Origin: Elusimicrobiota bacterium
GTDB taxonomy: Bacteria; Elusimicrobiota; Elusimicrobia; Elusimicrobiales; UBA9959
DNA: 64,000 bases
Direction of reading: 5' to 3'
NCBI GenBank assembly: GCA_016207645.1
Contig: JACQPH010000101.1
Span: 18-64,017 of the forward strand
In this document: in pieces, positions 38,195-48,312 of the stretch
How positions within the stretch are numbered: position 1 is the first letter of the stretch
Layout: every line of letters begins with the position of its first letter
Notes under the pieces: model-generated
The model's input: the letters and a program-made list of their open reading frames with translations, nothing else
Database searches by the model: none
Told to the model about the DNA's origin: nothing
Made by a program: the position numbers and the translations under genes

Positions 38195-39165
38195 GGCTCC
38201 TGCTGCCCGCGCTCCTCCTCTTCTGCTCCGTTCCGGCGCAGGCCTTCCTCTTCGGAGGCGCTTCGGATAAAAGGGCGGCGGCCGGCCTGGAAAAACTGCG
38301 CTCCGCCTTCGCGGCCGGCGACTGCGGAGCCGTGCTGGAGCTCTCGCCGGCCTTCCTCAGGGAGAAACCGCCGGCGGAACTGCGCGAGGAGGGCTACGGC
38401 TATATAGGGCGCTGCTACGAGTCTACCGGCGCCGCCGACAAGGCCATCAGCCTTTATAAACTCGCCCAGGGCCTTTACCCGGAGAACCTGCTGTTCGCCT
38501 CCAGGCTGGCGCTCATCTACAACCAGGCCGGCTTCCCCGAGAACGCGGCCCCGCTTTTCCTGAAGGTGCTTTCCAGGAAGAGCGACGACGCGGCCGCCAA
38601 CCTCGGCCTGGCCAGGGCCTACGCCGCCCTCGGTTTCCTTACCCGCGCCAAGGAATTCTACTCGCGCGCCGTGATCCTGCAGGACTTTCTCGACCAGGCC
38701 GTCCTCCGGGAATACGCCCTCTGCATGCTGCGCAAGCGCGACTGGGAGGAAACGCTTTTTATCTCCGGCGTCGGGGCCGGGGCGGCGCCGCTCTCGCCTT
38801 TCTGGCCGCTGGCCGAGGCCAGGGTGAGGGCCGGGCAGGGAAATTACGATAAGGCCCTTTCCGCTATCGACGGGGCGCTGCTCCTCGGGTCTTCGAGGCA
38901 ATTGCGGCTGGAGCGGGCCCTTTACCTGCTCCTGGGCGGCCTGCCCCTCCGGGCGATAGAGGCCGCGGACGCCGAGCTGGCCCTGGACGGGAAGGACCCG
39001 CTGGCTTCGGCGGTGAAAGGCATGGCGCTTTATTCGCAGGGGAAGAGGACAGAGGCGGAGCCGTATTTCCTGGCCGCCCGGTGCGGCGGCCCTTTCACGG
39101 CCGGCATAGCCGGGTCTTTTCTCGGCCCGCACCGGAAAGCGGCGGAGGCGGCATGCGAAAAATGA
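38191..39165 (+). CDS. Exported TPR protein
   Basis: Signal peptide; tandem TPR-like helices; ATGA overlaps at both ends. Confidence 0.75.
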   Translation: MRLLLPALLLFCSVPAQAFLFGGASDKRAAAGLEKLRSAFAAGDCGAVLELSPAFLREKPPAELREEGYGYIGRCYESTGAADKAISLYKLAQGLYPENLLFASRLALIYNQAGFPENAAPLFLKVLSRKSDDAAANLGLARAYAALGFLTRAKEFYSRAVILQDFLDQAVLREYALCMLRKRDWEETLFISGVGAGAAPLSPFWPLAEARVRAGQGNYDKALSAIDGALLLGSSRQLRLERALYLLLGGLPLRAIEAADAELALDGKDPLASAVKGMALYSQGKRTEAEPYFLAARCGGPFTAGIAGSFLGPHRKAAEAACEK

Positions 39166-39959
39166 AGTTCTGGAAGCTGTCCGGCGCGGGCAATGATTTC
39201 GTCCTGCTGACCGGCGGGCGGCCCGGCGCGGCGGCCCTTAGGAAGCTGGCCAGGAAACTATGCTCCCGGACCCTGGGCGTGGGCGCCGACGGGCTGCTCC
39301 ATGCAGGCCGCGCCGGCGGGAACGCCGTGAACGTGCGCTATTTCAACGCCGACGGCTCCGCGGCTTTCTGCGGCAACGGTTCACGCTGCGCCGCCTGGTG
39401 GGCTTACAGCAGCGGCCTGGTGAAGGGCAGGAAATTCCTGCTTAAGACCGCGGCCGGAGACCTGCCGGCCGAGATAGTTTCGGCCGGGAAAGTGAAAATG
39501 CGGATGCCCGACGTGCCGGAGGTCCGGCTGGACTTCAAGGGAAGATATCCGAAGGGGGTCCATTCGCTGCATTTCCTGAACACGGGCGTGCCGCATGCCG
39601 TGGTGCCGGTGAAGGACCTGGAGAACACCGACGTGCGGGGACTCGGCAGGGCGCTAAGGTTCAACGGGGCTTTCGGGCCGGCCGGGGCCAACGTGGATTT
39701 CGTGAAAGCGGGGCGCTCCGGCGTCGCGGTGCGCACCTACGAGCGCGGCGTCGAGGACGAGACCCTGGCCTGCGGCACCGGCCTTACGGCCGGCGCCGTG
39801 GCCCTGGCGCTGGCCGGGCTGGCGAAGTCCCCGGTCTCCCTCACCGCGCGCAGCGGCGACAAGTTCAGGGTCTGGCTGAAGCCGGCGGGGCCGGGCGCCT
39901 CGGAGATCTACATCCAGGGTCCGGCCAGGATAGTTTTCAAAGGAGAAATTGAAATATGA
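39162..39959 (+). CDS. dapF: Diaminopimelate epimerase
   Basis: GAGNDF, FCGNGSRC, NTGVPH, YERGVEDETLACGTG. Confidence 0.95.
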   Translation: MKFWKLSGAGNDFVLLTGGRPGAAALRKLARKLCSRTLGVGADGLLHAGRAGGNAVNVRYFNADGSAAFCGNGSRCAAWWAYSSGLVKGRKFLLKTAAGDLPAEIVSAGKVKMRMPDVPEVRLDFKGRYPKGVHSLHFLNTGVPHAVVPVKDLENTDVRGLGRALRFNGAFGPAGANVDFVKAGRSGVAVRTYERGVEDETLACGTGLTAGAVALALAGLAKSPVSLTARSGDKFRVWLKPAGPGASEIYIQGPARIVFKGEIEI

Positions 39960-40834
39960 AGCTACAAGGCTGTTTTACCGCGATAGTGACCCCTTTCAGG
40001 AACGGCGCCGTGGACTTCGCGGCGCTGAGGAAAATAGTCCGCTTCCAGGTCCGGAACGGGATAAACGGCCTGGTGCCCTGCGGCTCCACCGGCGAGGCCG
40101 CCACCCTCTCGCCGGAGGAATACCTGGAAGTCATCGGTACCGTGGCGGCGGAGGCCGGCGGGAAGGTCCCGGTGGTGCCCGGCGTCGGCACTAATTCCAC
40201 CGCCAAGTCCGTGGAAATGGTAAAGAAGGTCTCGGCCCTCGGCGTGGACGGGCTGCTGGCCATAGTGCCCTACTACAATAAGCCCACCCAGGAAGGAATG
40301 ACCGTTCATTTCTCGGAAATAGCCCGGGCCACCAGGCTGCCCGTCATCCTTTACAATATCCCCGGCCGCACCGGAGTGAATATGCTGCCTGCCACCGTCC
40401 TGGGCCTGCGCGCCAGGTTTTCCAACATAGCCGGGATAAAGGAAGCCTCGGGCAGCCTGGACCAGGTCAGCGAGCTGGTGAACGGCGCCGACCCCGGTTT
40501 CGCCGTGCTGAGCGGCGACGATTCCCTGACGCTGCCGATGATGTCGGTCGGGGCCAGGGGCGGCATCTCGGTAGTCTCCAACGTGGCGCCCGCCGCGTCC
40601 TCGAAACTGTGCTCGCTTTTCCTGGAGGGAAAGACCGCCGCGGCGGCGCGGCTGCACCATAAGCTCTTCCCGCTCGTCAAGGCGCTGTTCACGGAGACCA
40701 ATCCCATCCCGGTCAAATACGCCGTTTCCCTGCTCGGGCTCTGCCGGCCGGAACCGCGCCTGCCGCTGCTGCCGCTCTCCGAAGCGCGCCGCGCCCCCCT
40801 CAAGAAAGCCCTTAAGGCGGCCGGAGTATTATGA
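39956..40834 (+). CDS. dapA: 4-hydroxy-tetrahydrodipicolinate synthase
   Basis: GSTGE, PYYNKP, YNIPGRTG, GIKEASG, ETNPIPVK. Confidence 0.96.
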   Translation: MKLQGCFTAIVTPFRNGAVDFAALRKIVRFQVRNGINGLVPCGSTGEAATLSPEEYLEVIGTVAAEAGGKVPVVPGVGTNSTAKSVEMVKKVSALGVDGLLAIVPYYNKPTQEGMTVHFSEIARATRLPVILYNIPGRTGVNMLPATVLGLRARFSNIAGIKEASGSLDQVSELVNGADPGFAVLSGDDSLTLPMMSVGARGGISVVSNVAPAASSKLCSLFLEGKTAAAARLHHKLFPLVKALFTETNPIPVKYAVSLLGLCRPEPRLPLLPLSEARRAPLKKALKAAGVL

Positions 40835-40856
40835 CGGGGCGCGCCCGGTAATAACC

Positions 40857-42452
40857 ATGCCGAAGACAGCCGAACTGGCGGCGGCACTGGCGCTGTCGGC
40901 CTGTTTCGCCCTGCTCGCCTTCCGGAGCGGGGCCGGGGAATCGGCCACTTTCGACGAACCGTTCAATATAGTTTCCGGCTGGACCTTCCGGCAGACGGGC
41001 CGAAGGCCCCCGGCCCAGGGGAACCCGCCTCTGCTGCTGCGTTGGTTCTCGGCGCCGCTGCCGGCGGCCGGCGTACTCAGGCCTTTCGACGAAGCCGCGT
41101 ACAGGTCGGGGCCCAGGACCTACGGCTTCAATTTCATTTATTCCAATACGGCCGCCCCGGACAGCCTGCTGAGCCGCTGCCGGGCCGCCAATATTCTCCT
41201 CGGCGTTCTGCTCGCTCTGCTGGCCGGGGCCTGGGCCTTCCGGCTCGGCGGCGCGGCCGCAGGCCTTTTCTCCCTGGCGGCTTTCGCTTTCATGCCGCCG
41301 CTGCTGGCCCACTCCCATCTGGCCACCAGCGACATCGGCAACGCCCTGCTCTGTACGGCGGCGGTCTATCTTTTATGGCGCGGCGCCCGCGCCCCCTCCG
41401 TGAAAGCCGCCCTGGCCGCCGGCCTGGTCTTCGGCCTGGCCCTGGCCGGGAAATATACGGCGGTAGTGCCGGCGCCGCTCTGCCTTCTTTATCTTTATTT
41501 ATGGGGAGGGTCGAGGTTGAAATGGTACGCCCTCTGGGTCGGAGGGGCCGCGCTGGGGCTTTGCCTGGGCTGTTACCCGGTCTCGCCGCTGGAATGGCTG
41601 ACTACCGGGGCGGCCGTCTTCAGGGAGATGAAGTCCGGCCATCTGACCTACCTGCTGGGTGAAGTCGGCGCCGCGGGAAGCTGGTATTATTTCCCGCTGG
41701 CCTTCCTGCTTAAAACCCCGCTGCCGGCTCTGTTGCTGGCTTCAGCGGGTTTCCGCGGCTTCGACCCGCGCCGCTCCGAAGCGGACCGGGAGCGGTTCCT
41801 CTATTTGCTGGCGCCGGCCGGGGCCTGGCTGCTTATGGGTGTCGTTTCCAGCACGCAGCTGGGGATAAGGCATATACTGCCGGTCTATCCGCTTTTATGC
41901 GTCTGGTCGGGGCTGGCCGCCGCCGGGCTTTGGACCCCGGGCCGGCTGTTGCCGCGCGGAGCGGTCTGCCTGCTGTACGCCTGGCTGGCCGCCGGCACGC
42001 TGCTGGCCTTCCCCGGCTATATTTCCTACTTCAACGAAGCGGCCGGCGGGGCGCGGGGCGGGCACAGGTATTTCCTGGATTCCAACCTGGACTGGGGGCA
42101 GGGTCTGAAAGAGCTGGGGGACTACGTTAAAGAACAGGGCGCGGGCCATATCTATCTCAGCTATTTCGGCTGCGCCGATCCGCATGCCTACGGGATAAAA
42201 TACGCCCCCGTCCTGATGACCGCCTGCGCGAAACTGCCCGGCGACGGCCTGCCGCCGGAAGGGCAGAAAAAGAAGCTCCTGGCCGTCTCCGTCACGAACC
42301 GGTTCGGCTTGTACTATACCCCCAGCACGCTGTTCAGCTGGCTGGACGGACGCGAACCGGTCAAAAGAATAAGGGATTCCATCTGGGTCTATGATGTAAG
42401 CGGAGACAGGCAGGCGCTGAAGCTGCTGGCCTACCCGGGAGTGGCTAAATAG
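40857..42452 (+). CDS. GT-C (GT39/ArnT-like) membrane glycosyltransferase
   Basis: TFDE, PPL, LATSD, DSNLDWGQ motifs; many TM helices. Confidence 0.8.
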   Translation: MPKTAELAAALALSACFALLAFRSGAGESATFDEPFNIVSGWTFRQTGRRPPAQGNPPLLLRWFSAPLPAAGVLRPFDEAAYRSGPRTYGFNFIYSNTAAPDSLLSRCRAANILLGVLLALLAGAWAFRLGGAAAGLFSLAAFAFMPPLLAHSHLATSDIGNALLCTAAVYLLWRGARAPSVKAALAAGLVFGLALAGKYTAVVPAPLCLLYLYLWGGSRLKWYALWVGGAALGLCLGCYPVSPLEWLTTGAAVFREMKSGHLTYLLGEVGAAGSWYYFPLAFLLKTPLPALLLASAGFRGFDPRRSEADRERFLYLLAPAGAWLLMGVVSSTQLGIRHILPVYPLLCVWSGLAAAGLWTPGRLLPRGAVCLLYAWLAAGTLLAFPGYISYFNEAAGGARGGHRYFLDSNLDWGQGLKELGDYVKEQGAGHIYLSYFGCADPHAYGIKYAPVLMTACAKLPGDGLPPEGQKKKLLAVSVTNRFGLYYTPSTLFSWLDGREPVKRIRDSIWVYDVSGDRQALKLLAYPGVAK

Positions 42453-42489
42453 GGGAGCTCTAAGCTGTCCCGCATTATAATTATTCCTT

Positions 42490-42662
42490 GTAACTGTTCA
42501 GGTGCTGCTGGAGGGGTGGCCGGGGTTTTGTTTCGCGAACCCCATGCGGAAGGGGGGGCCCCGCCGGGCGGGGGGAAACCGACGCAAGGGTTTCCAACTT
42601 CCGGGGTTCGCGGGGCAAAACCCCGGCCACCCCGGACCCCGGAGAGGGACCAGAATAGTTAC
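42490..42662 (+). repeat. Dispersed palindromic element, copy 4 (full length)
   Basis: gtaactgttcag...cagaatagttac with nested stems; between convergent genes. Confidence 0.9.
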
Positions 42663-43984
42663 TATTTCTTTAAAATCGCGGCGGCGGCTTCCAGGCCTTC
42701 CTTTACGCTCTCTTCCATGAAGGAATACTTCCAGGCCCCGTAGCGCCCTATGGAGAAGGCCTTCCTCGCCTTGAACCAGTCGAAGATCACCGGCAGGGCA
42801 GCGGCCCGTTCCCGGTTGTAGATGACATAGGCGCAGGGGATCTTCAGCCAGAGCTTCTCCACTATCTGTCCGGCGCTTTTTATAAGGCCGCAGGCCTTGA
42901 GCCCCTTTATAGCGGCCGCCTCCGCCGAGGCCAGGTCCAGGGGGGAACCCGGGGTCGCGATCTCGATATAGAAAGAGGCGCAGCCGCGCGGCGCCAGCGC
43001 TTTGGAAAAATTGGTGGCGATGCCGGTGCGGTAGAACAGGAACTCGGGCCCGGGGAAATAGCCCCAGTGCATGGGAGACTTTACGCCCTTCACGCCGAGG
43101 TTAAGCACGTAGACGGTATTGTGGCGGAGGCCGGCGGCGGCCCGCCTGACAGCGGCCGGCGCGTCCGCCGCGCTTTCGACGAAGTACTTGAGCGGGGAAG
43201 TGTTTATCAGCCGCTTAAAATGCACCGGGCCGAAATGCTTCACGTTCGCCACGCCCTTTTTCAGGTCGAGGCTTTCCACTTCCAGTCCGAGGCGCAGGCC
43301 TTTAAGGTCCCGCGCCAGCGCCGCGGGCAGGGCGCCGATGCCGCCGCGCTTCGGGTAATTGAACACGGTATTATAGCCCAGTATTTCCGGCTTCCCGCCG
43401 TAAGCGCCCTTCAGTACCGTCTCCGGGCTGGGCATGGGCACGAAGGGGGCGCACCATTCCGTGGTCAGCCGCTCCAGCGGGTACTGCCAGAGCTTGGCGT
43501 TGTAGGGCAGCATGAAATGCTTCGAGATCCCGTCGCCGAAGACGCGCCGGGTCCAGCGGGTGAAAACCTCCGGCTTGTTCCCCCGCGGCGGGGCTTTCCC
43601 GGCGGCCTGCGCCTGCCTGGCCGCGTACGCGGCCAGGAAACCGCTCACGCATTCGGACTTCACGCGGGGCGGCAGGGCGCGGAGGTTGGCCTGGAAAGGG
43701 TAGGGCGTCCAGGCCCCGTGCGCGAAGACGCGGGCGTCGCGCTTTACGCGGGCGCAGTTCCCGCCGAGGGCATCCAGTATGAACCTGGAGGTTTCCGGCC
43801 AGCGCAGGTGGAGCAGATGGCCGGAATAGTCGAAAAGGAAGGGGCCTTTTTTCAGCGTGGCCGCCAGCCCGCCCGGCCGGTTCTCGCGTTCGGCTACCAG
43901 GTAATCTTTTTTCCCTTCCAGAGCCTTCGCGGCGGAAAGCCCGGCCAGGCCGCCGCCGATGATGAGGACGTCGGTGCTGAGCAT
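42662..43984 (-). CDS. FAD-dependent oxidoreductase (HemY / UDP-galactopyranose mutase-like)
   Basis: IIGGGLAGL, FDYSGH, PYNAKLW, YP..GG, GRYGAWKY; glycan-cluster context. Confidence 0.75.
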   Translation of the reverse strand: MLSTDVLIIGGGLAGLSAAKALEGKKDYLVAERENRPGGLAATLKKGPFLFDYSGHLLHLRWPETSRFILDALGGNCARVKRDARVFAHGAWTPYPFQANLRALPPRVKSECVSGFLAAYAARQAQAAGKAPPRGNKPEVFTRWTRRVFGDGISKHFMLPYNAKLWQYPLERLTTEWCAPFVPMPSPETVLKGAYGGKPEILGYNTVFNYPKRGGIGALPAALARDLKGLRLGLEVESLDLKKGVANVKHFGPVHFKRLINTSPLKYFVESAADAPAAVRRAAAGLRHNTVYVLNLGVKGVKSPMHWGYFPGPEFLFYRTGIATNFSKALAPRGCASFYIEIATPGSPLDLASAEAAAIKGLKACGLIKSAGQIVEKLWLKIPCAYVIYNRERAAALPVIFDWFKARKAFSIGRYGAWKYSFMEESVKEGLEAAAAILKK

Positions 43985-43985
43985 G

Positions 43986-45251
43986 TCAGTGTTTCTTGAT
44001 TATCTCTATCTCGGGAAGAGGGAAGATCAGGCCGATGCCCTTGCTCAGCGCCTCTTTTTCCCTCTCGACGAACTCGGCCTTGAAATGCCAGGGTAGCACG
44101 AGGTAATAATCGGGGGACAGGGCCCTCGATTCCGCCTCGCTGATTATCGGTATATCCGTGCCGAGGGTATGCGCGCCGTATTTCTCCGGGTTGCGCTCGG
44201 CGGCGAAATCCACGACGTGGTTGTCTATCCCGCACCACTGGAGGATGGTGTTGCCCTTGGTGGAGGCGCCGTAGATATGGAGCTTCTTCCCTTCCTTCTT
44301 GAGCTTCCTGAGCAGCAGCTGGAGCTCGTCCCGGTGCAGGGCTATCCTGTCCTGGAAGTTCTTGTAAGGCTTGTCGGTGTCCAGCTCGAGGTCGAACTCC
44401 TCCTGGTGCAGGCGCTGGAGATTCCGCGCGAAATCCCCGCTCCTGTATTTGAAGTTGTCCGCGTGGGTGGCGTAGCAGCGCAGGCTGCCGCCGTTGATGT
44501 CGTTCTGCGCGGCGTTGAAGATCTTCAGCCCGCCGGCCTTGAGGATATGCTCGATGACGGCGAGGCTGTAGTATTCCAGGTGCTCGTGGCAGATAGTGTC
44601 GTAGGAGTTCATCCTGAGCATCGAGGGCATGTAGGACATCTCGAAGATCCAGATCCCCTCCGGGGCCAGCGCGCTCTTTATGCCTTTGGCGAAAGCTATC
44701 GGGTCCTCCAGGTCGTAGAACATCGCTATCGAGGTGACGATGTCGAACTTCTCCAGCCCGACGCGGGCGGCCAGCTCCGCGGAGGGGAAGGTGTCCCGGA
44801 CTACCGTGGCGGTCTCCCCGCCTATCCCCTGCGCCACGTCGGAAGGGTCCACGCCGAACTTTTTATAGGCGCCGGGGTAATAGCTGAAAAGGGTGCCGTC
44901 GTTGCAGCCGATATCCAGGACCAGGGCCGCCGGCTTGTTCACTATGGCGGCCGCTTCCTCGGCTATGCCCTTCAGGTGGTTCTTCATCGTGGCGTTCGTG
45001 CCGGAGCGGTACCAGTAGGTGGAATAGAGGATCTCCGGGGGAACGGAGTGCTCCATCTGCAGCAGGCCGCAGGCTTTTTCGTCCCGCTTCGGGTCGCAGC
45101 GGACGAGGGACATAGGGATCTTCCTCTGGGGCGGGAGCTCCTTGCCCGGCTTGACGAACAGGCCCTGCAGGTACTGGTCTCCGAGGTCTATAACGGGCGT
45201 CAGGGCGGCCGAACCGCAGACCCTGCATGTTTTCCTGTGGATCAGGTGCAT
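43986..45251 (-). CDS. NDP-hexose C-methyltransferase (EryBIII/TylC3-like)
   Basis: CRVCGS zinc site, DIGCNDG, YDTICHEH, YGASTKGNT, LPWHF. Confidence 0.88.
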   Translation of the reverse strand: MHLIHRKTCRVCGSAALTPVIDLGDQYLQGLFVKPGKELPPQRKIPMSLVRCDPKRDEKACGLLQMEHSVPPEILYSTYWYRSGTNATMKNHLKGIAEEAAAIVNKPAALVLDIGCNDGTLFSYYPGAYKKFGVDPSDVAQGIGGETATVVRDTFPSAELAARVGLEKFDIVTSIAMFYDLEDPIAFAKGIKSALAPEGIWIFEMSYMPSMLRMNSYDTICHEHLEYYSLAVIEHILKAGGLKIFNAAQNDINGGSLRCYATHADNFKYRSGDFARNLQRLHQEEFDLELDTDKPYKNFQDRIALHRDELQLLLRKLKKEGKKLHIYGASTKGNTILQWCGIDNHVVDFAAERNPEKYGAHTLGTDIPIISEAESRALSPDYYLVLPWHFKAEFVEREKEALSKGIGLIFPLPEIEIIKKH

Positions 45252-45312
45252 AGCGTTCTCCTTGCCGAATAACTAATATATAGATTTTCGCTGGCTGAAA
45301 GCAAACCGCCGC

Positions 45313-46395
45313 TCAGGCCTTTCCCGGTCCCAGGTATTTCCGTACGGCTTCCTTCAGCTTGTTGATATCGATGAGCCCCATGCAGGCCGGCGCTTCGCAC
45401 TTGATCCTGGGGGCGGTGCTTTCGTAAGGGTACATGTAGCAGGGCGCGCAGGCCAGCCCCAGCGTTATAGCCGTATTCTTCTCGCCGTAGGGCGCGGTCA
45501 CGGCGGGGCTGGTGGGCCCCAGCACGGTAATGGCCGGGGCGCCGGCCGCGGCGGCCAGCGGGCCCAGGCCGCCGTCCGTGTTTATGAAGAGACGGCAGTT
45601 TTTAAGCAGCGCGGCTATTTTATTGGTCTCGGCGCCGGCCAGCCTGACCGGCCCGCTCTTCGCCAGGTCCAGCACCTTGTCCGCCGCATCTTTCTCGTCC
45701 GGCCCCGCGAACACCAGTACCTTCGCCCCGTATTCCGAAGACAGCCAGTCTATAAGTTCGGCGAAAACGTTTATGTTCCCCGCGTCCCAGTTCTTGTACA
45801 CCTGGGCTTTGCTGATGCTCGGGTGCACGCCTACAACCAGGTCGGTCTTCGGGTCTATCCCTTTCTCCCGGAGAAAAGAGAGAGCGTATTCTTCGTCGGG
45901 CGCGGAGAGCCACAGGGACATGTCCGGCTTCCCCGCCGCGGGGTCCAGGCCCAGGCAGGACAGCAGGTCCAGGTTCTTCTCCACCTGGTGCTTTTTCCGG
46001 TCCGAGTCCACCCGGCAGTCCTGCAGGAAGGGCAGGGTGCGCCAGCGCGCGAAATCGTAGTAATGGCTTATCCTTTTCTTCGCCCCGGCGCAGAAAGCGA
46101 ACAGGTTGTAGACCAGCCGGTTGGAGGGGTAGGAGGTGATGCTGGCGTCGTAGCTCTCCCGGCGGAGGGCAAGGAGGGTCTTGAGATGGCCGTAAAGGCT
46201 GGCGGGGTCGGTCTTAGCATACTGTATCAGCACCGGCCTTATATAGGGGCAATTGGCGAAAAGCTCCACGCATTTCCTGTCCCGCACCACCAGGGTCATC
46301 GGCTCTTCGCCGTACTTTTCCCGGAGGCGGCGGATCAGCGGTATCATGTAGACCGTATCGCCCAGGCCTTTGAGGGAGATCAGCAGTATCTTCAT
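45313..46395 (-). CDS. Glycosyltransferase family 9 (heptosyltransferase-like)
   Basis: GLGD, K.W, FINTDGG, GPT, C.PC...C...CM. Confidence 0.85.
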   Translation of the reverse strand: MKILLISLKGLGDTVYMIPLIRRLREKYGEEPMTLVVRDRKCVELFANCPYIRPVLIQYAKTDPASLYGHLKTLLALRRESYDASITSYPSNRLVYNLFAFCAGAKKRISHYYDFARWRTLPFLQDCRVDSDRKKHQVEKNLDLLSCLGLDPAAGKPDMSLWLSAPDEEYALSFLREKGIDPKTDLVVGVHPSISKAQVYKNWDAGNINVFAELIDWLSSEYGAKVLVFAGPDEKDAADKVLDLAKSGPVRLAGAETNKIAALLKNCRLFINTDGGLGPLAAAAGAPAITVLGPTSPAVTAPYGEKNTAITLGLACAPCYMYPYESTAPRIKCEAPACMGLIDINKLKEAVRKYLGPGKA

Positions 46396-48287
46396 GCCGC
46401 TTTCTTCCCGGCCACCAGGCAGATCTCGGTATAAGCGCTTTTAAAAGGGGTGCTTTTCACCGGCGGGTCGAAGGAAACGTCGAATATTTTCATTATAGCG
46501 CCCTGCACGCTGAAAGGGTCGAGACCTATGAAATCGGCCTCTTTGAAGCCGTTGGCGGGGAAAAGCGAGGAGAGCCCGCCGTAGGTGTAGGACTTTTCAT
46601 AGTCGTTGCCGGCGAACCAGTAGAGCAGCAGCTGGTAGAAGCGCCAGAGAGAGTACCTGGCAGGGACGAAAGTGACCAGCAGGCCGTCGTCCTTGAGGAT
46701 GCGCCGCATCTCTTCGAGGAAAGCCGCCTCGCCGCCGAGATGCTCCATCACCCCCGAGCTGTAGATCAGGTCGAACTTCTTGTCCTCGAAGGGTGTCTTC
46801 TCGCAATCGCCCACGAAGGCCAGCGGGAATTCCTTTTTGGCCAGCTCGATGGCTACCGGGCTCCTGTCCAGGGCGTAGCATTCGACGTCCGCCCTGCCCC
46901 GCTTTATCCTCTTAAGGTTGATGGCCGAGCCGCAGCCCACTTCCAGCACCTTTTTCCTGTCCCCCTTGAGCTTGTCCAGGCAGCCGTTCAGCACCTTGTC
47001 CCTTTGCGAGGCTATCCAGGCCTCGGCCTTGGAGGTCTTATGTGTTTCCCATTTCCTGTCCCAGTCGGCGTTGGTTTCCTCCGGCCTGGGCCTCAGCCTT
47101 TCTATGACGGCGTTCAGCGTGTAAGCGGCCAGGAGGATGAGGAAGGGGTCGATAGGCACCCTGTACCGCATCACGACCACGAAGAACAGATGCACCAGGG
47201 TGTAAGAAGCGAACAGCGCGAGCAGCAGCGAGGTTCTTTTGAACTGCTTCAGGGAAAGGAAGAAGCCTATGAAAGCCAGCGGGATATAGAGCCCGGAAGT
47301 GGCCATGGCCGCGTATTTCTGCCAGGGGTAGGCCATCATCGGGTAAAGCCGCCAGAAATGTTTGAACCGCAGCCAGCACAGCGCGTAGAATTTGTCGGGG
47401 TTGGCGCTGATCCAGTCGAAGGCCTTCTTCCTGCAGAGCTTGTCCCTTTCCGGGATGGGCAGGGTCAGCAGGTACGGCCAGTCCTTCGGGATGGCCGGCT
47501 CGGTGAGCTCCGCGCTCTGCGGCTGGTCGAGCTCGCCCATCGTTTCGGACCAGAAAGCGGTGTCGCACGAGGAGCCGTAGAGCTGGCACCAGGGCGTGTT
47601 GACGGGCATGATGTAGCTCTTGTCGTAATGGAAATAATTCCTGAAGCTCCAGGGCACTATCACCGCCAGCGCGCAGAGGCCTGCCAGGAAGCCGGTCCTG
47701 AAGCTTTTCGTGTTCCACCAGAGCCAGGCGCAGGCGAACAGGAAGAAGGGGAGCGTGGTGGACTTGGTCAGGCCGGTAAGCCCGTACAGGACGCCGGTGA
47801 CGGCGGCGTTCTTCCAGCCCGGCTCCTGGGCGGTCTTCACCGTGCTGAAGACGGCGGCGGCCAGCATGAAAGTTAGGAAGGTCTCGCTGATCACGTCGCC
47901 GGTATAGGCCAGGAGATAGGGATAGAAGCTCAGCAGGACGGCCGCTATCCTGCCGACGTTCTCCGAGAACAGCCTTTTCCCCGTCTTGTAGATGAGCACG
48001 CAGGTGCAGGCCCCGAGCACGGCCTGCAGGACCCTGACCGCCGCGACGGACTTGCCGAACACGGAAAAGATCCCGGCGAGGAAAAAAGCGAAACCGGGTG
48101 CCCGCGTAGTGCCGCCGAAGCCTGAGCCCTGCGCTATCCCCAGCGCTATGTCCATCCAGCTGGAGGCGTCCGGGGACAGCTTGTCGGGGGAAAGGGGCAG
48201 GACATAGGCGAGCCTCAGCGCGAGCGCAAAAAGGAAAACCGCGGCCGGGAATCTGTTTTCTCCGTCCAGGAGCCCGCGGAGCTTCAT
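46392..48287 (-). CDS. GT-C (GT39-like) glycosyltransferase fused to a C-terminal class I SAM methyltransferase
   Basis: N-terminal ~400 aa: PD, RAPG, SET, PWSFRN, RYRVP; C-terminal LEVGCGS, FDLIYSSGVMEH, RILK. Confidence 0.8.
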   Translation of the reverse strand: MKLRGLLDGENRFPAAVFLFALALRLAYVLPLSPDKLSPDASSWMDIALGIAQGSGFGGTTRAPGFAFFLAGIFSVFGKSVAAVRVLQAVLGACTCVLIYKTGKRLFSENVGRIAAVLLSFYPYLLAYTGDVISETFLTFMLAAAVFSTVKTAQEPGWKNAAVTGVLYGLTGLTKSTTLPFFLFACAWLWWNTKSFRTGFLAGLCALAVIVPWSFRNYFHYDKSYIMPVNTPWCQLYGSSCDTAFWSETMGELDQPQSAELTEPAIPKDWPYLLTLPIPERDKLCRKKAFDWISANPDKFYALCWLRFKHFWRLYPMMAYPWQKYAAMATSGLYIPLAFIGFFLSLKQFKRTSLLLALFASYTLVHLFFVVVMRYRVPIDPFLILLAAYTLNAVIERLRPRPEETNADWDRKWETHKTSKAEAWIASQRDKVLNGCLDKLKGDRKKVLEVGCGSAINLKRIKRGRADVECYALDRSPVAIELAKKEFPLAFVGDCEKTPFEDKKFDLIYSSGVMEHLGGEAAFLEEMRRILKDDGLLVTFVPARYSLWRFYQLLLYWFAGNDYEKSYTYGGLSSLFPANGFKEADFIGLDPFSVQGAIMKIFDVSFDPPVKSTPFKSAYTEICLVAGKKAA

Positions 48288-48312
48288 CTTTCCACGCCCG
48301 CGGCGGCGCCGC

